From: Candidatus Babeliales bacterium
GTDB lineage: Bacteria; Babelota; Babeliae; Babelales; JANWKD01
Length of the DNA stretch: 64,000 nucleotides
Assembly (NCBI GenBank): GCA_963762115.1
Contig: CAVXJH010000006.1
Coordinates: 224,001 to 288,000, forward strand
Direction of reading: 5' to 3'
The position numbers and the translations under genes are program-made. This document shows, one piece after another, positions 20,647 to 31,163 of this stretch. The notes under the pieces are model-generated. The model was not told where the DNA came from and made no database searches. It worked only from the letters and a program-made list of their open reading frames with translations. Every line of letters starts with the position of its first letter. Positions within the stretch are counted from its first letter, which is position 1.

Positions 20647-22119
20647 ATGCCCATTTTATTTTTTATGATTATTAGTTTTTTGTTTTTTCATTCTGTCGCC
20701 TTACATGGTATGGATCAATCTAACAAAAACCGCGCAGGTTTATCTTTTAAAGATAGGCGAGTGATAGAGCTCGAGAAAAAAATTGAAGGTATAAGTTTTC
20801 TTGCTTTGGTCGGAATTAATAAGCTTCCAAAATCAAGTTTTAGTAAAGAGCAAAAATACTTTGTTAGAGTTATGCTTGAAAAAGAAGACAAAGAAAATTT
20901 AAAATTATTTCAAGCAGAATTGAAAGAAAAGATGGCACAAAGAGACAGCAATTATGCCGGGCTCTCTTTAGAGGATAGAAATAATAATGAGATTAAAGAA
21001 AAGATTGAAGGTGTAAGCTTTCTTGCCTCAGCCGGCATTAAAAATTCATCAAAAGCATATTTTACTAAAGAGCAAAAATATTTTATCAATTGTAAATTTG
21101 CAGAATTAAATAGATGTTGGTTCAATGAATTACCGATGGAATTACAAGAAAAAGTTATAGAAGGATTAATTCCTTCTAAGGTTACTCCAGATGGGCTATT
21201 ATTCTTATTAAAAGATCTTGCGCATTTTGGCGCAACAAATAAACAAGCTAGAGATTTGATGTGTGCGGAGCTTAAAAAGTATTTTTATAAATGGCCAGAA
21301 TATGGCTTAAATGCACAACATCATTGTATGAGGAATATAATAAAGAGGGTATTTTTGTCTGTGGATTCTGATGTTGCAATAGTTGGAGCTTTAGAATTTA
21401 TTAAAAAATATAAGGGCTTAAAGAATTCTCTTTTGATTTTATTTAAAACAAATTTTAAATCCGTAGATACTTTGATAAGGAAATATAAAATTGCCCTTGA
21501 GCAAAAAAAATTGCATCAGGAATATGACAATCATGCAAGTGCTGATTATGAAAAAAATATAAAAGAAAAAAATAAAGAAATCAAAAAAAATTTAGAGGTC
21601 TTGTTGAGAATAGTTAATCCCAATATTTTAATTGATGATAAAACGTTTTTAGAAAAAGCCCTTGAAGATAATGATTTAGAAATGCTTGATTTTCTTTTAG
21701 ATAAAGGTGCGGACATTAATTTTTTACATGAAGTTACTGAGAGGCTAGTTTTTGTGGGGCTTTCTCAAGAAGATTATTGGGAGATGTTTGTAAAAGCAAA
21801 TCTGCCTTCTTTCATGTTATCAAGATATGAGCAAACTCTTCTTAATGCAGCGGTGCATTCTAATCCACAGTTTGCTCTTGAATTGCTAAAGAGAGATAAC
21901 ATAAATCCCACATTGGGAAGGTATGAAGTTGATTTAGATACTTTTAGAAAAGATTATGGCATTTATAAAGAATTATTTGAAAAACTCATGGAAAAAGGTT
22001 TAGATCCTCAAACAACTTGTAAAATGCCAGGTTATTTTAATGGTATACATACTCTTAAAGCCTTATATAATGAAGCTTGCGTTGGTGTAGATGCAGAAAA
22101 TTATTTAGCAAAAAATTAG
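20647..22119 (+). CDS. Secreted F-box-like plus ankyrin repeat protein with a duplicated N-terminal module
   Basis: WFNELPMELQEKVIEGL; LLDKGADIN; AGLS..DR....KIEG.SFLA..GI......F.KEQKYF occurs twice. Confidence 0.8.
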   Translation: MPILFFMIISFLFFHSVALHGMDQSNKNRAGLSFKDRRVIELEKKIEGISFLALVGINKLPKSSFSKEQKYFVRVMLEKEDKENLKLFQAELKEKMAQRDSNYAGLSLEDRNNNEIKEKIEGVSFLASAGIKNSSKAYFTKEQKYFINCKFAELNRCWFNELPMELQEKVIEGLIPSKVTPDGLLFLLKDLAHFGATNKQARDLMCAELKKYFYKWPEYGLNAQHHCMRNIIKRVFLSVDSDVAIVGALEFIKKYKGLKNSLLILFKTNFKSVDTLIRKYKIALEQKKLHQEYDNHASADYEKNIKEKNKEIKKNLEVLLRIVNPNILIDDKTFLEKALEDNDLEMLDFLLDKGADINFLHEVTERLVFVGLSQEDYWEMFVKANLPSFMLSRYEQTLLNAAVHSNPQFALELLKRDNINPTLGRYEVDLDTFRKDYGIYKELFEKLMEKGLDPQTTCKMPGYFNGIHTLKALYNEACVGVDAENYLAKN

Positions 22120-22172
22120 TAACATAAAAATAGTAATAACTCTCTTAAGATAAATCTGCACGATCAATTTTT

Positions 22173-22493
22173 TTAGTTTAACAATTTAATAATTTCTGAA
22201 GAGCTTGTTATCTCTCTAGGCATTTTTTGTGCTTTATTGCGCTTGTTTTTTAAGGTGGGTGCTAAATGCACTAATTCTCGAATCATATCAACATTATTAT
22301 TTTCAACTGCTTTGTGCAGCAATGTGTTTCCGTGTTCATCAGTAATGTGCGCAAGAACACGTTTTTTTTCTTGTAATAGTTTTGGATTATTTTGCTGTAT
22401 TGCTCTAAAGAGTTGTGCAACAAGTTCCGTATCCATACTTTTTATGGGATGCAATGATGTTAAAAAAAAGCATAATAAATAAATTTTTTTCAT
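22173..22493 (-). CDS. Small secreted ankyrin repeat protein
   Basis: DEHGNTLLHKAVENNNVDMIRELV. Confidence 0.8.
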   Translation of the reverse strand: MKKIYLLCFFLTSLHPIKSMDTELVAQLFRAIQQNNPKLLQEKKRVLAHITDEHGNTLLHKAVENNNVDMIRELVHLAPTLKNKRNKAQKMPREITSSSEIIKLLN

Positions 22494-22664
22494 CGTGTTG
22501 GATCCATTTTTTAATACATGGTAATACTTAAAATGATCATATATAAAAAAATAATAATCGTAAAATTAGATAAACTATTTTTTATTCCGTAATCTATTTG
22601 TTACTCTTCGCATTATAAATGGGATCTTATAAGCGGGGATTATAATTATGTTGAAAAATACATT

Positions 22665-23918
22665 ATGAAGGTTGGTATAATAGGGGCAGGTGCAGCAGGA
22701 TTAACAACGGCATGGTTGCTCGATCAAGATTGCGAAGTTGTTCTTTTTGAGCAACAAAATCGTTTGGGCGGTCATGCTCATACTGTTTTTATTGTGCAAG
22801 ATGGTGAAAATATTCCTATAGAGATTGGCTTTGAATTTTTTAATGCGTGGCTCTTTCCAAAATTTAATTGTTTGCTTAAAATTTTAGAAGTCCCTGTTGT
22901 TTCTTTTCCTTTAACCTATTGTTTTTATACTCATGAAAGCATGTTAACGTTATCTTCATTGCAACCAAGTAAAATGCTCAGACAACTTTTTCATCCTTCA
23001 CTTGTATCAACGTTATTGCAATTTAATTATGTCTTGCAACAAGGTAGAAAATTTGTCAAAAATCCTGATTATAAACTGAGTATTAAGCAATTTGCTGATA
23101 CTTTGTTTATAACACAAACATTTAAAGATGCTTTTTTATATCCATTTTTAACGGCAGGATGGGGGTGTGGTATTGATGAATTTAAGTTGTTTTCAGCGTA
23201 TGATGTGCTTTCATGGATAACGCAAAAAGCGGTTACTATTAAACCTCAAGAATGGTATGAAATTGTTGGCGGAATTTCTGTTTATATTGATGCGCTTGTT
23301 GCACAATTAACAAAAACAGTTATTAGGCAGGATTCTGCTATTGAGGCGGTTCTCTATGAACAAAATAAGTATGTTATTATTGAAAAAAATGGCAGGAAAA
23401 CTGAAGTTGATCATTTGATTATTTCGACTAATCCTCAACAAGCAGCAGAGTTTTTGAAAGATGTTACCTCAAGCCAAGAGGTTTATAAAAAATTATTATA
23501 CTTTGAATCATTTCCTGCCACCGTTGCGATTCATGGTGATCAGCGATTTATGCCAAAAAATAGAGTAGATTGGTCAGTTGCGAATGTTCGTTATGACGGT
23601 GTACAAAGTGCATTAACCGTGTATAAGCCATGGAAATCAAAAAAAATTTTTCGTAGTTGGTTAGTAAGAGATGACATTCAAATGCCAAACCCTCTTTATG
23701 CACTAGAGCAATTTAACCATCAAAAAGTAACGCCGCGCTATTTTGAAGCACAAAAATATTTAAAAAATGTTCAAGGCACCAATAATCTATGGCTTGCTGG
23801 CTGTTATATGGATAATCTTGACTCACATGAGAGTGCTATTGTTTCTGCAATAAACATAGCAGAAAAATTAGCACCACATGCCAAACGATTAGTGCATCTA
23901 AAAAATATTATTTCTTAG
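22665..23918 (+). CDS. FAD-dependent oxidoreductase (flavin amine-oxidase-like)
   Basis: IIGAGAAGL, EQQNRLGGHAHT and HESAIVSA. Confidence 0.88.
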   Translation: MKVGIIGAGAAGLTTAWLLDQDCEVVLFEQQNRLGGHAHTVFIVQDGENIPIEIGFEFFNAWLFPKFNCLLKILEVPVVSFPLTYCFYTHESMLTLSSLQPSKMLRQLFHPSLVSTLLQFNYVLQQGRKFVKNPDYKLSIKQFADTLFITQTFKDAFLYPFLTAGWGCGIDEFKLFSAYDVLSWITQKAVTIKPQEWYEIVGGISVYIDALVAQLTKTVIRQDSAIEAVLYEQNKYVIIEKNGRKTEVDHLIISTNPQQAAEFLKDVTSSQEVYKKLLYFESFPATVAIHGDQRFMPKNRVDWSVANVRYDGVQSALTVYKPWKSKKIFRSWLVRDDIQMPNPLYALEQFNHQKVTPRYFEAQKYLKNVQGTNNLWLAGCYMDNLDSHESAIVSAINIAEKLAPHAKRLVHLKNIIS

Positions 23919-24189
23919 GCGAATTTTTGTGATTTTTGTGATCGGTGTGATGGTGATTTCCTTTATCAATATCTCTACCGGAAATTTTACTATTCGAGCC
24001 ACCACGAGAACGAATTGCTCGGGAAAATTCTGAAGCACCTTCAGATAATTTTTTATGGGTAGAATGCATAAGTTTTGACCACGATTCCTGAAGATTCATC
24101 TTCATGCCCGATTGCTTTGAAGGATCGGTGTGATTTGTTGTTTTTTTACTTGAAAATGTGTTTTTTAGCCAATTATTCAATTTTTTCAT
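23908..24189 (-). CDS. Small basic hypothetical protein
   Basis: AAGGAG SD before ATG at 24189; hydrophilic, His/Lys-rich tail. Confidence 0.65.
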   Translation of the reverse strand: MKKLNNWLKNTFSSKKTTNHTDPSKQSGMKMNLQESWSKLMHSTHKKLSEGASEFSRAIRSRGGSNSKISGRDIDKGNHHHTDHKNHKNSPKK

Positions 24190-24369
24190 TATAAAAACTC
24201 CTTTGTTTATAGTATAAGTATAGTAAAAAGTAATAATAGAATGCAATAGTTTGAAAAATTTGATTTTTTTTGTTAATTGTTGCTATTAGAAATAAAGATC
24301 TGATAAAATGATATTAAAGATATAAAAATCTTAAAGATAAAATTTTTTGATTGTATTGAGGAGATTGCT

Positions 24370-24918
24370 ATGAAGAATATGCGTTATTTTATGATACTAT
24401 TTTTAATCACGAGTTCAGTTTCTTTGTTTGCTAAAATTGCTGATCCTGAAGATTTTTCGCTTGAAGGTGGTTCTAAGGAAGTTGAGCAAGCAAGATTTAT
24501 TAATGATTCAGTAGTAAATATGAGTGATCAAAATATTCTTGTTCAGATACAATTTCATAAAGTATTTAATATAAGTCTTACTCAAGCGCGAGCAGATCTT
24601 AAGAAATATGCTTCTTATAAACAAGTAAGTAGAGTTGTTAATTACGTTCTAGCGCCAAAAAAAGCAATAAAAATGTATGAAATTTTTTTGAAGTCTAATC
24701 CTCTTAGCGATAAGTCATATTGGATGCCAGTAGGGGTGAATATATCAGCACCTGTAGAGCTTTTATCAAAGAGTGGTGAAGTACAACAAAAATTAAGTAT
24801 ACACCTTGATGTAGGTGTTTATACCATTATTGATGGCGTTGTACAATCGAAAAAATATGTTGTTAACATGGTTAATAATGAGTTGCAAGTTGAAACAGAA
24901 AATACGTTAAAACCATAA
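24370..24918 (+). CDS. Secreted hypothetical protein
   Basis: GAGGAG SD; signal peptide ending LFA. Confidence 0.75.
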   Translation: MKNMRYFMILFLITSSVSLFAKIADPEDFSLEGGSKEVEQARFINDSVVNMSDQNILVQIQFHKVFNISLTQARADLKKYASYKQVSRVVNYVLAPKKAIKMYEIFLKSNPLSDKSYWMPVGVNISAPVELLSKSGEVQQKLSIHLDVGVYTIIDGVVQSKKYVVNMVNNELQVETENTLKP

Positions 24919-24941
24919 TATGATTACGGTGAGATGAAGCT

Positions 24942-25436
24942 ATGAATAAAAAATATGTTGCGTTAATTTTTATATTAAGTTTTTTGTATGTGCCCTGTGT
25001 GCAGACAATTACCTATATTCAAAATATGTCCCAAGTATGGGGCCTGAGTGTGCAGAATAAATCAAAAATTCCTTTGGCTATTGTTGATGAAATTTATTAT
25101 CCACAGCATACCAAAGTACGAAAAGAAATTATTAATCCGGGAGGTTTTTATCGTTCTGCGTGGATTAATGCTGCTGTTGGTCGTGATTATAAAACTCAAC
25201 AAACAAGAAACTTTTCGTGGGTATTATCCAATGAGCCTCCTCGAGGACGTATTATTTTTATTTGGGGAGATTGCAAAGGATCAGTTGGTTCAACAAATAT
25301 GATTACTATTGGCAATGCTGAAGGTGTTACTTATCAAGCTGTTCCTTCAGGCACTTACACAGTGATAAATCCACCAAATGGTTCACGATGTGAAATTACG
25401 CTTGCAAATCCAATAGATACTCAATTTACACAATAA
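24942..25436 (+). CDS. Secreted hypothetical protein
   Basis: Signal-like N-terminus; 23 bp after the previous gene. Confidence 0.7.
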   Translation: MNKKYVALIFILSFLYVPCVQTITYIQNMSQVWGLSVQNKSKIPLAIVDEIYYPQHTKVRKEIINPGGFYRSAWINAAVGRDYKTQQTRNFSWVLSNEPPRGRIIFIWGDCKGSVGSTNMITIGNAEGVTYQAVPSGTYTVINPPNGSRCEITLANPIDTQFTQ

Positions 25437-25440
25437 AAAA

Positions 25441-26781
25441 TTAACTTTTTTTGTCACGAACATCAACGCCCATTTTGTGCAAAATGTCACGCAGCTCATC
25501 AGATTTTTTCCAATCTTTGTCAATGCGTGCTTGATTTCTTTCATCAATAAGTTTTTGTATTTCAGGGGTGATAGTAACTTCTTTTTCTTTTAAAGAGAGT
25601 AAGGTTAATCCAAGTATTTGTTGCAAGAAAGCTTTTACTAAACATGCTTCATGTTTATTTTCAGCAAGATACGTGAGATTTTCAAAAACAACACCAAACA
25701 TTCCTGGCGTATTAAGATCATCGCATAAAAACGTGAGCATTTTTTTTACAATCACCGATTCTTTGATTGCATGTTGGTCTTCTTTTTGGCATTCAAAGCG
25801 TGCAAAGAAGAGGCACAGTTTTTGGTAACTTTTTTGTAGCATTGCCAGATCTTCATGAGAAAAATCAAGAGGAGCACGATAATAGTGATTCAGGATAAAA
25901 AAACGCAAAACCATTGGATCAAATTGTTTGCAGGTGTCACGAATAGTGAAAAAATTACCCAAAGATTTAGACATTTTTTCTTTATCAATACGCACAAAAG
26001 CATTATGCATCCAATAGGTTGAAAATGGTTTTCCGTATAAAGATTCTGACTGTGCAATTTCATTTTCATGATGAGGAAACATGAGGTCCATGCCGCCGCC
26101 ATGAATATCAATATGTTCTCCCAAATATTTTTTTGCTAAGGCAGAACATTCTATGTGCCATCCGGGCCTTCCCCATCCCCAAGGACTTTCCCAAAAAGTT
26201 CCTTTTTCTTCATTTTTCCATAAAGCAAAATCAAGAGGGTTTTTTTTAATAGTATTGATTTCTACGCGAGTGCCTGCTTCAAGATCGTTTATTTTTTGTT
26301 TTGAAAGTTTGCCGTAATCAGGAAAGCTATCAATGCTAAAGTAAACATCGCCGTCAACAACATAGGCATTGCCTTGTTTAACAAGATTTTTAATAAAGGT
26401 AATTATTTCTTGCATGTTATCAGTAACGCGTGGTTCAAACGTAGGCACCAAGCAATTAAGAGCGTTCATATCTTCTTGAAATGTTTCAATAAACGTTGAA
26501 GCAACTTGGTGATAGAGCGTTTTGTCGCCATATTCTTTCTGAGCTCGTAGTAGCAATTTGTCATCAATATCGGTAAAGTTACGACAATAATTGACTGAAT
26601 AGCCAAGAAACATAAGAAGTCGATACATCACGTCAAAAGTTATGTATACTCGTGCATGACCAATATGAGCATAATCATACGGAGTAATACCACAAACATA
26701 TATTTTTAATGGGTGGTTTGGTTGAGGAGTAAAAAGTTCTTTTTTATTACTGAGTGTGTTGGTGATAGTTATCATTTGCAT
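25441..26781 (-). CDS. cysS: Cysteinyl-tRNA synthetase
   Basis: YVCGITPY, HIGH, GRPGWHIEC and KMSKS; exact start uncertain. Confidence 0.97.
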   Translation of the reverse strand: MQMITITNTLSNKKELFTPQPNHPLKIYVCGITPYDYAHIGHARVYITFDVMYRLLMFLGYSVNYCRNFTDIDDKLLLRAQKEYGDKTLYHQVASTFIETFQEDMNALNCLVPTFEPRVTDNMQEIITFIKNLVKQGNAYVVDGDVYFSIDSFPDYGKLSKQKINDLEAGTRVEINTIKKNPLDFALWKNEEKGTFWESPWGWGRPGWHIECSALAKKYLGEHIDIHGGGMDLMFPHHENEIAQSESLYGKPFSTYWMHNAFVRIDKEKMSKSLGNFFTIRDTCKQFDPMVLRFFILNHYYRAPLDFSHEDLAMLQKSYQKLCLFFARFECQKEDQHAIKESVIVKKMLTFLCDDLNTPGMFGVVFENLTYLAENKHEACLVKAFLQQILGLTLLSLKEKEVTITPEIQKLIDERNQARIDKDWKKSDELRDILHKMGVDVRDKKS

Positions 26782-26949
26782 TCTCGAGGGTTTCAAAAAA
26801 TTTAATTCCTGTTACGTTATGATTATTAGTGTAAAGGAGATCTTGGTCTCTGGTCAATTTTAAAAAAAAAGGTATTCTATTTTATTACTTTGTCACTCTG
26901 TTAACTGCATGCAAAAAAAAACTGCAGTGTTATGTCTCAGGAGCATTAG

Positions 26950-29418
26950 ATGACAGCATCGTCTATCAAAAAAATTAACTCTACAACGGTATTATTTATT
27001 TCTTGTGCTTTTTTCTTGGTACAATCTACCTTTTTGTTTGCAATGCAACCAACAGAAGAATTGTCTCAAGATGTTGAGCAGAATGAGGTTTTTGATGATG
27101 ATATTTCTATTATCAAGCAACGACGAATTCATGATATTATTGTTGAAGGTAACCATCATGTGAGCACTGAAGCAATTTTTAATAAGATTCCTTATCATAA
27201 GGGTGAGATATTTTCTCCGTTGAAATCTAGATCACTTATTAATAATGTGATGCAATTAGGTTATTTTAAAAATGTACAAATCTTTGGCAAGAACGTTGAT
27301 GATGGTATTGATTTGTATGTTGTCGTTGTTGAAAAAAAACTATTAAAAGAGGTTATTTTTAAAGGTAATAAACACTTAACCGAAAAAGAAATTACCGCCA
27401 AAATTCCCTTTGCTGATATTCCGGCCTTGGATGAATCAGATTTAAAAAAATATTGTATCGCGATAAAAAAACTGTATCGAGATAAAGATTATCATCAGGC
27501 AACTGTTGAAGCTACTCTTGAAGATCATGATGAAAAAGTTACCGCGATCTTTACTATTAATGAACAAAAGAAAACAGCAGTAAAGCGCGTATTTTTTGAA
27601 GGCAATAAGGCTTTTGATAGCAAAAAATTACGCAGTATAATTTTCACTCGTGAAGATTGGGCTTTTGGTTTCTTAGATCGAGCGGGAAGTTATCAACCTG
27701 AAGCAATTGAATCAGATAAACATGTGTTAGAAAATTTTTATCAAAGTAATGGTTATCTTAATGCAAAAGTGACTAAAGTTGACATTGTTCCTGATGAAGA
27801 TCCTCATTATGTACAAGTTACTTTTCATATTGATGAAGGCGATCTTTATACGCTGAGTTCAATAACGGTGCAAGGCAATGACGCTGTTTCAGAAGAACAA
27901 ATTCTTGTGCGTTTGCCCATTGCTGTTGGCGATCTCTATTCAAAAGATAAAATACGGCAAGCAATTGAAACAATCAGATTAATCTTGGGCGAGTTTGGTT
28001 ATATTTATGCCGATGTTGAGCCATCAATTGAGCCCGATGATGAAAATAAAACAGTAAGTTTGTCTTTCTTTACTGAGTTAGGTGATAAAGTCTTTTTGGA
28101 AAGAATTAAGATTATTGGTAATGAAAAAACGCGCGATAAAGTAATTCGTCGTCAGTTACTCTTTGATGAAGGCGATTTATTAACTACGCAAAAACTTGAA
28201 GAATCAAAGACGCGTGTTGAAAATCTTGGTTTCTTTGATCAACAAGGTGGTGTCAGCTGGAAATATGACCGTACAACAAAGGATTCTGCCGATTTAAAAC
28301 TCTATGTTAAAGAAATCAAAACAGGAAGACTTGATGCACAAGTTGGGTTTGGTGGTTCGCCAAAAGATTTACAAAATCCAACTGAATCATTAAGAGTTGG
28401 AGGATCTCTTTCTGATACTAATCTTTTTGGTCTTGGTATCGGCTTTAATTTAAGTGGTGAAATTTCCAAACAAGAGCGTCAATTACTCTTTAATATAACT
28501 GAACCGTGGCTTTTCGATCGACCAATTTATGCAGCGTTTGATGTTGCATTCAAAAAATCTGTCTACGATGATTTTCAGTTGACCAAAGATGAAGTTAAAG
28601 AGCAACTTGCAAGCGGATCATTAAGTTTAGGTTTTGTTGCAGCAAGTTTAAATCAAACAAGATTTGTGTGCCAAGCTGGCTACGAAGGATTGCATTATAA
28701 AAAGCAACCTGTTGCTGATCTTGGTGCCAATGCTGACCCTAAAGAACAGGCAGAATTTCAACGAATTTTAGATAAGCGTTTCCCACAAGGTAATTTTCCA
28801 TGGCTTGGTAGTCAGGCAGCACAAGATTTTAGAAATCATCCATTGCATCCAAGTCGTGGGTATCAGTGGCAAGTTACGACCAGAATTGGTATTCCCAATG
28901 ATGCATTTGGTTTTTGGAAATTTGATTGTGATGCAAGTTATTATACACCAATTATAGGTGAACGAGATTTAGTGTTTTATCTTCACTCACATTTTGGTTG
29001 GGTAACTGCTTTTATGGATAAATTAATTCCATTCAGAGAGTTGTATCATATTGGTGGTCCGTCAAGTGTGCGCGGCTTCCTGTTTGGTGAAATAGGGCCA
29101 ACATTCAAAGGTGTTGATTCAATTGGTGGTAAAAAAGCATTTTGGTTAAATGCTGAACTTATCTTTCCTGTAGCGCCAGATTTTTCGATAAAAGGTGTTC
29201 TTTTCTATGATGGTGGTGCGGGATGGGATACGCCCGACGCAGATCAAATTGCAAAAAAACGACTCAAGAATAATCATTTTAGTTATAGGCATTCAGTTGG
29301 GTTTGGTGTGCGTATTTATCGTCCAACACCTATTCGTATTGATTGGGGTTTTAAGCTTGATCGTAGAAAAGGTGAGAAAGCGAGTGAAGTTCACTTAAGT
29401 TCTTCCTATGATTTCTAA
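26950..29418 (+). CDS. bamA: Outer membrane protein assembly factor BamA
   Basis: POTRA repeats (GNEKTRDKVIRRQL), SVRGF motif and C-terminal Phe. Confidence 0.95.
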   Translation: MTASSIKKINSTTVLFISCAFFLVQSTFLFAMQPTEELSQDVEQNEVFDDDISIIKQRRIHDIIVEGNHHVSTEAIFNKIPYHKGEIFSPLKSRSLINNVMQLGYFKNVQIFGKNVDDGIDLYVVVVEKKLLKEVIFKGNKHLTEKEITAKIPFADIPALDESDLKKYCIAIKKLYRDKDYHQATVEATLEDHDEKVTAIFTINEQKKTAVKRVFFEGNKAFDSKKLRSIIFTREDWAFGFLDRAGSYQPEAIESDKHVLENFYQSNGYLNAKVTKVDIVPDEDPHYVQVTFHIDEGDLYTLSSITVQGNDAVSEEQILVRLPIAVGDLYSKDKIRQAIETIRLILGEFGYIYADVEPSIEPDDENKTVSLSFFTELGDKVFLERIKIIGNEKTRDKVIRRQLLFDEGDLLTTQKLEESKTRVENLGFFDQQGGVSWKYDRTTKDSADLKLYVKEIKTGRLDAQVGFGGSPKDLQNPTESLRVGGSLSDTNLFGLGIGFNLSGEISKQERQLLFNITEPWLFDRPIYAAFDVAFKKSVYDDFQLTKDEVKEQLASGSLSLGFVAASLNQTRFVCQAGYEGLHYKKQPVADLGANADPKEQAEFQRILDKRFPQGNFPWLGSQAAQDFRNHPLHPSRGYQWQVTTRIGIPNDAFGFWKFDCDASYYTPIIGERDLVFYLHSHFGWVTAFMDKLIPFRELYHIGGPSSVRGFLFGEIGPTFKGVDSIGGKKAFWLNAELIFPVAPDFSIKGVLFYDGGAGWDTPDADQIAKKRLKNNHFSYRHSVGFGVRIYRPTPIRIDWGFKLDRRKGEKASEVHLSSSYDF

Positions 29419-29981
29419 AGATAAAGTAATTCTAAAGTGAATTTGATGAGTAGGAACACGTGAAGTAAAAAATATTTTCATGAGAAAAAAAGCATTAATA
29501 ACAGAAATGTCATTGCTGTATGTGTTCAGAGTTTCGGTGAATAATTTTTTACACAAAGTGGCAATCAAAGTTGAATTGTAAGTTTTTTAATTCCTTAAAC
29601 GGGTATGCCGGTTTCTTTCAACAATTCGGATGGTACTTTGCCATTCAAACCTTGATGCGGCCGATGTTCATTGTGATAGAAATTATATCCAAGAACAGCA
29701 TCTTTTAATTCATCGATTGTGTTAAAGATGGATCCTTCAATAACTTCATCATCAAAAGAACGCCAAAATCTTTCAATTTTTCCATTTGTTTGTGGTCTAT
29801 AAGGCAAAGTTCTTCGATGTTTAATCGCAAAATGAAGTAGCAATCGTTCAAAAGGATGATTTTTTAATTTTTCTGGCGTTGAACAAAACTCAGCACCATT
29901 ATCTGTCAGAGCTTCATCAAAGGTGATATTATATCGTTGGTTCATATGTAAAATAATATCCATCATAGTGATTGTGTTAAA

Positions 29982-29987
29982 AGTCAA
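29982..29987 (-). promoter_or_regulatory. -35 box TTGACT in the IS110 right end; pairs with -10 TATGTT (31175-31170) at 17-bp spacing only in the excised circle
   Basis: Circle junction reads TTGACT-TTTAACACAATCACTTG-TATGTT. Confidence 0.8.
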
Positions 29988-30013
29988 ATATTTTTTAATA
30001 AAGCTAAACAATA

Positions 30014-30955
30014 TTAAGCTTTACATAATTCACCTTTTTTTAGTAAAGAATTAGCAATCACAATAAGTTTATGCATAATAGCTACGATAGCTATTTTAAA
30101 AGGTTTTTTAGAAGTTATTAAACGATCGTAAAGTTCCTTTAATGGGAGATGATATTTAATAGTTGTTAATGCACACATATAAAGCATATTTCTTGGAATA
30201 GTTCTTCCACCTCTGATGAATTTTTTACCCTTATAACTTCCACTTTCATTCTCATAAGGACAAACACCAATGAGTGCTGATACTTTTTTATTACTTATTT
30301 GACCAAGTTCAGGAACGAATGATAATAATGTTGCAGCTGAAGTTTTGCCTATTCCTGGAATTGACTCCAAAATTTTTGATTTTGTATTTAATTTTTCATC
30401 TTGCTGAATTAAATCTTGTATCTTTAAATCAATTGATTTGATTTCGCACTCTAAGATTTTGATAAATTTCTTTATACTTGATGCATATAATGCATGAGAT
30501 GGATGTTTAGATCTTGTTTTTTCGGCAACTAAAAATTTTACCAAGTCATTTTTACGATTGACCAAAGCTTGTAATTTTTCTTGATTTTCGCTTTTGTTCA
30601 TTATCTCATAATCAGGAGAATTTTTAGAAGCAAATTCAGCAATTTTTCGAGCATCAATTTTATCCGTTTTGCTTTTGCAGCCACTAGCAACAATATAGCC
30701 TTTTATTCTTCTTGGATCGATGATCCAAAGATAATAACAATTTTTTTTTAATATTCGAGCAAGTAATTTTTCATACCCACCAGTTGCTTCGCATGCAATT
30801 TGTTCGATATCATATTTAACTAATTCTTTAATGATCTCCGTTATTCCAACTTCTGAGTTTGATACTTTTAAAGATTTTCCTATTGGATGGATATAAACAT
30901 CTAAAGTGTTTTTTGAAATATCGACACCTATAAATACTTTTGATATATTTTTCAT
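30014..30955 (-). CDS. IS110-family DEDD recombinase/transposase, intact, 313 aa
   Basis: IGVDISK, CEATG and KTDKID (DEDD); SIPGIG; catalytic Ser in NESGS. Confidence 0.96.
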   Translation of the reverse strand: MKNISKVFIGVDISKNTLDVYIHPIGKSLKVSNSEVGITEIIKELVKYDIEQIACEATGGYEKLLARILKKNCYYLWIIDPRRIKGYIVASGCKSKTDKIDARKIAEFASKNSPDYEIMNKSENQEKLQALVNRKNDLVKFLVAEKTRSKHPSHALYASSIKKFIKILECEIKSIDLKIQDLIQQDEKLNTKSKILESIPGIGKTSAATLLSFVPELGQISNKKVSALIGVCPYENESGSYKGKKFIRGGRTIPRNMLYMCALTTIKYHLPLKELYDRLITSKKPFKIAIVAIMHKLIVIANSLLKKGELCKA

Positions 30956-30960
30956 AAATA

Positions 30961-31163
30961 CCTCTGGCTTGTAGACATGCGAGATCGTATGTACTTGATA
31001 CGTCTCTAGTGATTGTTCGAGGTCATTTTTGTATAAGCTGATAGTCTCAAACTATGACACGGTCCTTTGAGACCAAGCTTGACACGAGATCTATCAGCTT
31101 CTCAAACAATTAATTTCAAAACAACTGATCATAAATTAACAAAATTTAGCTTTAAAATCATTT
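30961..31163 (-). ncRNA. Bridge RNA of the IS110 element (target-binding loop 31100-31035, donor-binding loop 31022-30961); 5' end inferred from the promoter
   Basis: Two stem/internal-loop/stem domains; loop sequences ACAATCACT and TACAAG match the donor junction, and TCATAG matches the target flank. Confidence 0.88.
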
